Below the pieces are notes generated by a model. That model made no database searches, had not been told where the DNA came from, and was given only the letters and a program-made list of their open reading frames with translations. Position numbers and translations under genes: made by a program. Positions 1 to 8,186 of a stretch of 64,000 bases of DNA are shown piece after piece; position 1 is the stretch's first letter; each line of letters starts with the position of its first letter. The stretch is from Schmidtea polychroa (lineage: Eukaryota), in contig CM097885.1 of the NCBI GenBank assembly GCA_044892525.1, forward strand, positions 138,384,001 to 138,448,000, given 5' to 3'.

Positions 1-136
1 ATCAGACAGTCTGCCAAATCTTTTTACCTTACAACACACTGAGCAGGGAGAACTTATTTACAATTAATAACTTCATGAACCTGTATATAAACATCAGATA
101 TTCTTCGAGAATAAAAAAGTTAAACATACATGAATT

Positions 137-1142
137 TGTTAGGGATAGGCCCCTGGCCTTAAATTATTTTAGAATCAGTTTTTTTTATTTTTATTAAAAG
201 GGATTAACTTTGTTTGGACACGCGAGAAATAATAGTTGTAGCAGCTTGCAGAAAAGGAGTGATTAGCAACAGTCAAAGAGAATTATAATTACCTGAGATA
301 GATTAAGCGAAACAATCAGCGTGGAATTATATTTTAGTTATTCAAGAGGAAATAAAAATCTGTTGTTTGAAAACAGCTGGTGTAGATTGACATTGAAATC
401 CCGAATTGGAGAAATTCTAGAAGTAGTTTCAAGTAACCAGGAAAACCAATATTGAAGCACAGCTGTTGTTTGAAGAGGAAATTTAGATATAAATTGTCGA
501 GCGGATTTCACAGACAAGAAAAAAAGAGAAAGTAGGAAGGAGAAAATATTAGAAGCGAATTAATATTGGAAAAAGCCTTGAGAAGTGAAATTGCCGGAGC
601 AGAAGAAATTAGACAGATTTGAAAAATCTAGAGAAGAATTTTTAGGAACCGAGAATATTTAAAAGTAAAGTTTAATTTAATTTAATTTAATTAAATATAA
701 GGGTGGGCGAGGATAAATTAGTATCCTGTGAAATAGTTATAAATAAAGCGAACACAAAGTATTGTTCTTTTACTTTAGTGTTCCCTGGGAGCCCCAAAAT
801 CATTCCCTCTTGCTTGCCCAACTCTTTTAGTCATATTGCGATTGTTGTGCTACATAGGAGCCAACAATTTCTTGCAGACTGTTGACAACAGTAGGGATCA
901 AAGAATCCGTTTTCTTGTACTCTTTGTACATATATTATAAAGTTCATTTGTAAATTATAAAATACATTTTTATAAAAAGAGAAAGGAGTTTTGTTTTTTC
1001 TTATTCAGTGATTTAAACTTAGACGCGCAACCACATTAAATATAACTTATTTATATTTATTTTTTATTTATTTATTTATCTTAATTGAATTATTGGAGTC
1101 ATTTGTGTTAAGATCTGTAGTCCCCGTTTTTCGATCTTAACA
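137..1142 (+). repeat. 5' LTR (1,006 bp)
   Basis: TGTTAGGG...TCTTAACA. Identical to the 3' LTR at offset 14076 apart from two mismatches found by eye (T533/A14609, C889/A14965). Confidence 0.97.
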
Positions 1143-1145
1143 TTT

Positions 1146-1163
1146 TGGTGAGCCCGACGTGAT
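1146..1163 (+). promoter_or_regulatory. Primer binding site, tRNA-Trp
   Basis: TGGTGAGCCCGACGTGAT, 3 nt after the LTR. 17/18 match to the known tRNA-Trp PBS TGGTGACCCCGACGTGAT. Confidence 0.9.
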
Positions 1164-1257
1164 CTAATTTACGGGGGGAATAAGAATTTTATTTATAAAC
1201 GACAAACATCTTTTTGAATCATTGAGTTAAGAAATAGGAGAGTAATAAATTTTAGAC

Positions 1258-1266
1258 CAGGTAATA
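1258..1266 (+). promoter_or_regulatory. Putative splice donor in the element leader (CAG|GTAATA)
   Basis: Consensus donor 20 nt upstream of the gag ATG. Could pair with the acceptor at 11958. Not confirmed by transcripts. Confidence 0.5.
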
Positions 1267-1280
1267 GAAACCAGCAAATA

Positions 1281-2306
1281 ATGGCAGAAATAAATAATTT
1301 ACAAAATCTAAATGAGAATAATTTACATAATAATGTGCCACTAATTCAACCACCAGCGGTAGATTTTATGAGATACCCAACAATTCCGATTAAACCATTT
1401 AGCGGAAACCCAGGGGAGTTTCCAGAATTTATGTCCGAATATTTTCAGTTAGCCAGAGCATTAGGATTTCCGGAACCGGTAATGATTTTGAGATTACCTT
1501 TATATTTAAAAGGGATGGCGCGGGAAATATATAACGATGTTATAATAGCCGAGCATCCAGTTGAATGGAATGTATTACGATTAGCGTTACAAAACAGAAT
1601 ATTACCGGGGGATGCAACTAGAGTGTTGAGACAACAGTTTTATAACAGGCGACAAAATTCGGGTGAGCATGTTGGGGAATTTTCATATCAAATAATGATG
1701 TTGGCAGAGAGAGCATTTGGCAATAGGGCAGCCTGGAATGATGCAACTAGAGCATTAGTAAAAGATCAGTTTTGGTCAGGGTTATCGTCAGCAATGAGAA
1801 ATGCACTCAGTTTACACATAGGAGATAATTTAGAGGAATTAACGCGCAAAGCGTGTTTAATTGAAAGTAGCATTGAGAAGTCAAATAATTTTGCAATCAG
1901 TAGCAATAAGTCAGACATTGAGTGTTTTAATTGTCATAAAAAGGGACACATGTCAAAAGATTGTAAAAGTAGGAATAATTCTCCAGGGGACAAATTGTGT
2001 ACCAAGTGTGGGAGAAATAATCATGTGGCATCAAACTGTAGAATTTCGGACCTAAATTGTGAGAAATGCAAGCGCAAGGGACATGTAGCGTCAGTTTGTA
2101 AAGCTAGTTTTGGGGGGAATAATTCAAATAATAGCAATAATAGAAATAGAAGCCCCGATAGGAATTTTCGAAGTAATAGTAATAACAATAACTTTCAGAG
2201 TAGAAATAATAATTTTAATAATAATATAAAAAGGGATGAAGTAAATTCGGGGGGTAAAATTAAATGTCATAAGTGTGGAAAATTTGGTCATATTATGCGT
2301 TCTTGT
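1281..2306 (+). other. gag: Gag domain with four CX2CX4HX4C zinc knuckles
   Basis: PIKPFSG...F..F..Y capsid-like start. Knuckles at 1923-1964, 1998-2039, 2058-2099 and 2265-2306. Confidence 0.92.
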
Positions 2307-5300
2307 CCACAAAATCAGTTATCTAATAACAATGGTAGTAGTAATGGTAATAATCGATCGAAGCAGACAACGTTTGCAGTGAATTCAGACAACAAATTAA
2401 CGTATTTGCAGCAGCTTGAATTAGAAATTCAAGGAGAGAAAAACAGGTTAGCAAGGCTAACAACAAAGGAAACCGATGGGTATGATGAAAATGAAGCTGT
2501 TTATATGATGTCAGCCAGAAAAAGGCGAAATAAAAATAATTATGTAGAACTTGAAGTGTTGATGCTTCAAGAAAGTCCACAGGAGGACAAAGAGGAAAAG
2601 ACTATGGTCATAGAACCAGAGGTCTGTGAGGGTTTACAGATTTCACCCAGGAAAAATCTAGTGGCTATGGCCATGGAGCCAGAAGCCAACAGAGAAATAG
2701 AAGGTTTACCGGTTTCACCAGTTAAAAATCGTAAGGCTATGGACATGGATCCAGCAGCTAAAGTAATTGTTCCAACAGAAGTTTTGGAAAAAAGATGGGC
2801 TTCGGTCAGTGAACCGGAAGTTCTTATAGCCACATCATCCATGCGAGGTGAGTGTGGTAGTGAACCAATAAAGGTTAGAGAAGCATCGAAAGAGGAAAGA
2901 AATCCCATCGATGACTGTAGAAAAGTATTATTACGCAAGAGCGTATGGCAAAGAGAAATGAGACAGAAATTAGAAAATATTCGTTTAAACCCCGTTAATG
3001 AGAATGAGGTTGACAAAGTAATGGATATCATATCAGAGTTAGACAGAAACGAGGAATATTATCCAGAATTGAGAGAAATTCTGAGAAATATTGGCCTAAA
3101 TTGGAAACAAAGAGAGAATCTGGAAGATTCTACAATTTTTGTATCTTTCCAAAAGGGTTGTTTTCGTAGATATACAATAAACCCAAGTGAAAAGGTAGAA
3201 GCATTGGCAAAGAGAGTTTCTGTGGTAAAACCTCAATTGAGATGCAAACTATATTTATTGGGAGAAAGGTTATTAGAGGGAGAAACCCTGTTAGATTGTG
3301 GTATACTACCAGGGAAACATATGGTTATAAAAGCAAAGTTTCACAAGGAAACTGTTACAGTAGTGGACTTGGATAATGTCCTTACAATAAGCGAGATTGA
3401 AATTGATCAATTAAATCAAATATCAGCCGTACCACATAGGTTGGGAATCGAGCTGATGAAAAACCCAAGAGATGGGGAGGCCATTAAGATGATAATGGAT
3501 TGGATACTGGAGTTGCGAATCCCAGTAGATACTCTTAGAGAGATAATGCCATTGGTGGTGCCTTTAGTAAAAGAGACATCACAATTTCAGACACAAGCAA
3601 AGATGCTGTTGATTAAAAATGGACATGCTATCAGACAATCGGAAGGTAGACAAGGTCCAGTGATGTTAGATATCAGGATACCCAGGAGAGGACACCTGAT
3701 ACAACAATTCTCATGTTATCATAGAGTAAAGAAACTGAGAAAAAGGATATCAGAAATAGTAAAAGAATCATTCCTAATAATGATACATGGTTGTCAGGTG
3801 GATGACGACGAATTTCTAGTAGATGTGGGATGTTTTCCCCAAGAGGAAACAATAGTAATGATATTGTTTATAGAGTTTCCAAAGGATCAGTGGGCAACTT
3901 TGAGATTGCCGGATAATGCAGAAATTGAGGAGGAGACAGTTCCTCTCGAGCAGAAACAAGTAGATGATGATACTCATCTAGAGACAGCAAAGACTGTAGA
4001 TCTCGATGAAGAGATAAATAGATATTTAAAGGAACTCGACAACACAGAGGATGAGTTGATCGAGATATTTCCACCAGAAGAAGATAAAATCATACAACTA
4101 AACCAGAATGAGACAAACATTGGAGCAAGTACCTCGAAATTATTGGAGCTACCAAGGGATAGGGTGGGCCCGAAGTTGGTCGAAAATAGGAGAAAGAAGG
4201 AGAGGAGAGGGAGACCGAGGAAGAGTCAAATGAACCCGTCTCCAAGAGAACTCCTAAGGCCAGTAACTATGCAAAATGTTACCAGACAGGCATTAGCCGG
4301 AATAGCTAGCCAAATAGATAAAAGCGTGGGAGACGCCAGTAGTAAAACAGAAACATGGAGGAAATTAAATCAGATATTACGATTGATTAAGCCTGAATGG
4401 CAAATCAAGAAAGATAAAGATATAAACGTTGAGAAAATCACTGAAAAGATAAAGAAAACAATGGGAAAGATCCCAGGAAATACCACGGAACAAGAAATGT
4501 GCGAAGTGGCAGAACAATTCCTAAATGAAGGAATGACGAAAGGGAAAATGATAACGATTTTAGCCTTAATGTTTAAAAATGCCTTAATGATACTTAAGGA
4601 TGATCAGTCAGGAATTCAAGCAGCCTTAGATAGGTTGACTAATATAATAGAAGTGAATTTCGGAACATGGATGACCGAACACAAGTTTTTGGAGATAAAA
4701 GAGACAAAAGGAAAATATGAGTTAAATGAGGAATTACTAACGGAAAACATTTCGAGTAATCCACGGGGAACAGGTGGATTTACCAGTTGGATGATGATGT
4801 TGTTAGTAATGATGGGAATATTGAGACAGACAAATTCCTTAACGGCATATGATTGTAGTGAACCAATACTATCACGAATATACTCATTAGTAGACACAGT
4901 GGAATGCAAGGAAGCATATCCAGACAAAGTGGCTAAAAGGGAAGATGTAGAATTTTACGTTTATCAACAAACAGAATTTTACCGAACAAGGATAAGGGAA
5001 TGTCGAATACAGAGAGCGACATTTGAATACTATTGTGGATCAAATAGTTATTCAGCATTTTTAGGAGCCAAACTTATTCCCGTACCCTTGATAATCCCAC
5101 CAGAGGATTGTGTAAATGCTTTTCGATCAAAGACGGTCAAAATAGATGATGAAGTGACAATTACTGCTGAAGAGGGAAAGAAATTGGGTATAACTATTAC
5201 CCGGGGAGGACCAATAGCAGATGATGGTTCTTGTCAGGATAGAAAGAAACTACGAGGTTCTAATGTAGTAAGCTATGTGGTAACAGTTGAGGATTACACA

Positions 5301-8177
5301 GTAGAGCTGATCGAGTACGAAGGAACTTTTGAAGTTTCTACGGGGAAAATGATGTCGCATCCAGAATGTAATGCAAAGTTTGGTTATTGTAAAACCAGTT
5401 TAGCAGTATTGACTTATCAATCAATGAGAGATTTTTGTGATTTGGGATACTTGAAAAAGGTAGTATTTTCAAGGCTTGATGGGAAAAGCTTTACGTCTCA
5501 AGACACGAAACAGAGTGGTTGGGGAGACAAGATGGCTCACAAAACGAAAAAAGAGGAAGTAGCAGAGAAAAACACAGCGGTAGTGTTAGTCTCAAAGGAT
5601 CCAACAGACGCAATACGATTAGTCAGAAAGAAACAGACCACAAAGTGTGGAGTATTAACATTTGAAACAAATTATAAAGGAATATATTTAACACACAAAT
5701 ATGTTCCAGCAGCTGAATCGTTACATTTATCAGATATCAAGATAACCAAGTATATCAATAACAAGATTGACTTTCTGTATCATGACTTACAGAAGCAACT
5801 GTTAGATGTATACCAGGAAGTGATCCTGAATGATTGTCGTTTGAACAGAGAAATAATACGTAACAGGTTAGCAATATCGATAGCTAATCCAGATTTAGTA
5901 ATGCCAATGTTAACGGAGGAAGGAACATTTGGTAGAATATTGGGAGAAGCAATCTACAGTTATCAATGTAAAGCAGTAGAGGTAGAAGTCACCAGATATG
6001 ATCAATGTACTGTAGAGCTTCCGGTAAGATATGAAGGAAAACTGAGATTTATGATGCCGGTATCGCATCAGTTATTAAAGGAGGATACATCACCGTTAAA
6101 AACAGTTTGCAATCCAGCAATGTCACCATTGTACAAGATTAACAATATATGGATTTCATTACCAGATAGAAAACCACCTTCGAAACCAGTAGAAGTACTC
6201 CAAGCTACAAAACTGGAAACTAAAATGGAGTTTAGACCATTGAATGAAATGTCAAAAGGTGGAGTATACACTCCAGAGGAGATTGAAGAAGCTCGGAGAG
6301 CAATTGTATTTCCCCAAATCAGAGATAGGGGAGTAACAGAGATAATAACTAGAATCTATCAGTCATATGATGGTAAACCAGATTACAATTTATTATTTGG
6401 GCCGGAACACTACAAACAAGCTGCATCAAATGTGATACGGAAAATCTGGGGTAGATTTACAAGTTTTGGAATATTTGTAGCAGGATGTTCAGGGATATAC
6501 GCAATAATAATGATATTGAAAATAATCATATCACAATTATTTTCCACGTATAGTATCTTCAAGATCGGAGGGTGGTCTTGGAAGTTGCTATTAGGAATGT
6601 GTCCAGTTTGTGCAGACTTTGCAGTATTTCATCATCATAATAAAGAGATTAAGAGAATGAAGAGACAAACTATTAAGAAGCATGAGTTAATAATGTACGA
6701 ACCTAGTCATCGAGACGATGACAATTCTGACGAGGGAGGTAACCTAGAGGGCTACGAGACCTCAGATAACACATCAACAAATCCAGACAACAAAAAACCG
6801 AAATTTAAAAATTTTGAAAATAGAACTTATCAACAGCACCCTGTTAAAGATAAAAATCGGAAAGGACTAAAATGGCCGGTGAAATATTTATCACCTTACA
6901 CAACCAGGAAAAAGATAATATCGGAACAAGTAGAGGAGGAAATGATAAAGCGGCTTGATTTTAGAACAAGTATAGATATAGCAACACCCTTGCCATATCC
7001 GAAATATAATATGAAATTTGAAACAATGCCAGCAATCGGCACATCAGCCATAGAAATGATACCAAGATACCCATTTAGTACGCTGGAGCGTCTAAAGGAA
7101 AATTACCAAGAAGAGACAAAATCGGAAGATGATAAAGACAGCGAGAATCAACAGAAATTTAGAGATAATATCCGAGGAATTTCAACAATATTTATGGTGA
7201 ATATTGGGAAAAAGACTAATAAGCCTACAATTAAATTAAAGGTAAACAGGCATACAGTACATGCCATCATCGACTCAGGATCAGATTTAACACTGATCGA
7301 AGCGAATCTATTAAATGAAAAAGAACTACAAGCAATAGTACCAACATTAACGGGAGCAACTGGAGCAAACGGACAGCCGATCAATGTTATCGGAACATTA
7401 GAGTGTGAATTACGGCTGTGCGACCAGAAATTTAGACACGATATCAAAGTCACAAGAAAATGTATGGCTGAATGTATCGTGGGAATGGATATATTGAAAA
7501 AATTAAAAGATATTGTCTTCGATTGTGCAACAGGTGAATTAGTAAAAATGACGAGTAGAAAACGAAAAACCTACAGTGTGGATGTAGTGTTTCTAGATAG
7601 AACGGTAACCATACCACCAAGAACCGAGACAGTTTGTTTTGTAGCCACACACCAAGAGGTGGAGGGAGATGTTATTTTCGAACCTAGTGAGCAGTTCGTG
7701 AATAGATATAAAACGCCCATGGTGCAAAACTTGGCAACAGTACGGGGAGGAAGAATTCCCATTCGATTAACAAATTTAGCAAGCAAGTCATTGAAACTGT
7801 ACCCAGAAACGAGAGTAGGTAAAATAATGCAACTTGCAAATGTACCCAAAGAAAGTGAGACGATACTATCAGTGCAAGAGGATGAACGAGATCCAGATAT
7901 TGAATATTATGATGCACCAAGTTGTGATAGTAAAGCATTAACTAGAAAAGAGAACATCAGAGTTAATCAGTTGTTACGTAAATATGACCAAGTTTTTGCA
8001 AAACACGAATATGATTTAGGGCAAGTTAATATCTTAGAGCATGAAATTAAATTAACAGAAAATAAACCGATAAAAATACGCCCGTACAGAATACCTCAAA
8101 GTATACAAGGGTCCGTGGATAAACAAATTAAATTAATGCAAAAATATAATATAATTAGACCAAGTAAATCTCCATAG
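1281..8177 (+). CDS. Polyprotein part 1: Gag - accessory domains - Env - protease - start of RT (2,298 aa; ends at a TAG inside the RT motif)
   Basis: Single ORF with a gag capsid-like N-terminus, 4 CCHC knuckles, glycoprotein, IIDSGS protease motif (Asp at 7272) and RT start KQIKLMQKYNIIRPSKSP*. Confidence 0.93.
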   Translation: MAEINNLQNLNENNLHNNVPLIQPPAVDFMRYPTIPIKPFSGNPGEFPEFMSEYFQLARALGFPEPVMILRLPLYLKGMAREIYNDVIIAEHPVEWNVLRLALQNRILPGDATRVLRQQFYNRRQNSGEHVGEFSYQIMMLAERAFGNRAAWNDATRALVKDQFWSGLSSAMRNALSLHIGDNLEELTRKACLIESSIEKSNNFAISSNKSDIECFNCHKKGHMSKDCKSRNNSPGDKLCTKCGRNNHVASNCRISDLNCEKCKRKGHVASVCKASFGGNNSNNSNNRNRSPDRNFRSNSNNNNFQSRNNNFNNNIKRDEVNSGGKIKCHKCGKFGHIMRSCPQNQLSNNNGSSNGNNRSKQTTFAVNSDNKLTYLQQLELEIQGEKNRLARLTTKETDGYDENEAVYMMSARKRRNKNNYVELEVLMLQESPQEDKEEKTMVIEPEVCEGLQISPRKNLVAMAMEPEANREIEGLPVSPVKNRKAMDMDPAAKVIVPTEVLEKRWASVSEPEVLIATSSMRGECGSEPIKVREASKEERNPIDDCRKVLLRKSVWQREMRQKLENIRLNPVNENEVDKVMDIISELDRNEEYYPELREILRNIGLNWKQRENLEDSTIFVSFQKGCFRRYTINPSEKVEALAKRVSVVKPQLRCKLYLLGERLLEGETLLDCGILPGKHMVIKAKFHKETVTVVDLDNVLTISEIEIDQLNQISAVPHRLGIELMKNPRDGEAIKMIMDWILELRIPVDTLREIMPLVVPLVKETSQFQTQAKMLLIKNGHAIRQSEGRQGPVMLDIRIPRRGHLIQQFSCYHRVKKLRKRISEIVKESFLIMIHGCQVDDDEFLVDVGCFPQEETIVMILFIEFPKDQWATLRLPDNAEIEEETVPLEQKQVDDDTHLETAKTVDLDEEINRYLKELDNTEDELIEIFPPEEDKIIQLNQNETNIGASTSKLLELPRDRVGPKLVENRRKKERRGRPRKSQMNPSPRELLRPVTMQNVTRQALAGIASQIDKSVGDASSKTETWRKLNQILRLIKPEWQIKKDKDINVEKITEKIKKTMGKIPGNTTEQEMCEVAEQFLNEGMTKGKMITILALMFKNALMILKDDQSGIQAALDRLTNIIEVNFGTWMTEHKFLEIKETKGKYELNEELLTENISSNPRGTGGFTSWMMMLLVMMGILRQTNSLTAYDCSEPILSRIYSLVDTVECKEAYPDKVAKREDVEFYVYQQTEFYRTRIRECRIQRATFEYYCGSNSYSAFLGAKLIPVPLIIPPEDCVNAFRSKTVKIDDEVTITAEEGKKLGITITRGGPIADDGSCQDRKKLRGSNVVSYVVTVEDYTVELIEYEGTFEVSTGKMMSHPECNAKFGYCKTSLAVLTYQSMRDFCDLGYLKKVVFSRLDGKSFTSQDTKQSGWGDKMAHKTKKEEVAEKNTAVVLVSKDPTDAIRLVRKKQTTKCGVLTFETNYKGIYLTHKYVPAAESLHLSDIKITKYINNKIDFLYHDLQKQLLDVYQEVILNDCRLNREIIRNRLAISIANPDLVMPMLTEEGTFGRILGEAIYSYQCKAVEVEVTRYDQCTVELPVRYEGKLRFMMPVSHQLLKEDTSPLKTVCNPAMSPLYKINNIWISLPDRKPPSKPVEVLQATKLETKMEFRPLNEMSKGGVYTPEEIEEARRAIVFPQIRDRGVTEIITRIYQSYDGKPDYNLLFGPEHYKQAASNVIRKIWGRFTSFGIFVAGCSGIYAIIMILKIIISQLFSTYSIFKIGGWSWKLLLGMCPVCADFAVFHHHNKEIKRMKRQTIKKHELIMYEPSHRDDDNSDEGGNLEGYETSDNTSTNPDNKKPKFKNFENRTYQQHPVKDKNRKGLKWPVKYLSPYTTRKKIISEQVEEEMIKRLDFRTSIDIATPLPYPKYNMKFETMPAIGTSAIEMIPRYPFSTLERLKENYQEETKSEDDKDSENQQKFRDNIRGISTIFMVNIGKKTNKPTIKLKVNRHTVHAIIDSGSDLTLIEANLLNEKELQAIVPTLTGATGANGQPINVIGTLECELRLCDQKFRHDIKVTRKCMAECIVGMDILKKLKDIVFDCATGELVKMTSRKRKTYSVDVVFLDRTVTIPPRTETVCFVATHQEVEGDVIFEPSEQFVNRYKTPMVQNLATVRGGRIPIRLTNLASKSLKLYPETRVGKIMQLANVPKESETILSVQEDERDPDIEYYDAPSCDSKALTRKENIRVNQLLRKYDQVFAKHEYDLGQVNILEHEIKLTENKPIKIRPYRIPQSIQGSVDKQIKLMQKYNIIRPSKSP
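3132..3344 (+). other. Ubiquitin-like domain 1 (no C-terminal diGly)
   Basis: TIFVSFQKG...INPSEKVE...P...KLYLLGERLLEGETLLDCGI aligns with ubiquitin IFV..LTG...VEPSDTIE...P...[20 protein letters not shown]. Confidence 0.72.
3660..3869 (+). other. Ubiquitin-like domain 2 (more divergent)
   Basis: V..LRKRISE...LIMIHGCQVDDDEFLVDVG follows the beta-grasp pattern V..Lk.kI...l...G..l.Dd..L.D.g. Confidence 0.5.
4266..4690 (+). other. Bcl-2-like helical domain
   Basis: EVAEQFLNEGMTKGKMITILAL resembles BH1 ([22 protein letters not shown]). NFGTWMTEH resembles BH2 (HLEPWIQEN). BH1-BH2 spacing matches Bak/Bcl-xL. Confidence 0.55.
4788..6630 (+). other. env: Envelope glycoprotein, chuvirus-G / herpes gB-like (class III fusogen), embedded in the polyprotein
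   Basis: Internal signal peptide WMMMLLVMMGILRQTNS, then LTAYDC. 14 ectodomain Cys. Motif RNRLA...NP...G.FG...GEA.Y..QC..V.V...C..ELPV. TM helix about 6465-6535. Confidence 0.82.
7230..7830 (+). other. Aspartic protease followed by a dUTPase-like beta domain
   Basis: HAIIDSGSDLTLI...CIVGMDIL, then VTIPPRTE...IPIRLTN...LYPETRVG, typical of the Gypsy PR-RT linker. Confidence 0.85.
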
Positions 8178-8186
8178 TCCTCACCT

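Noticed and set aside
703-885. 60-aa ORF duplicated at 14779-14961
   Set aside because: It lies within the LTRs, starts at GTG and has no recognisable motif. The duplication simply reflects the LTRs.
1146-1163. tRNA gene
   Set aside because: Only the 18-nt complement of a tRNA 3' end (a PBS). No cloverleaf was found anywhere in the window.
8175-8183. MLV-like programmed readthrough at the TAG
   Set aside because: It lies inside RT at a conserved aromatic position rather than at a gag-pro boundary, and lacks CARYYA context.
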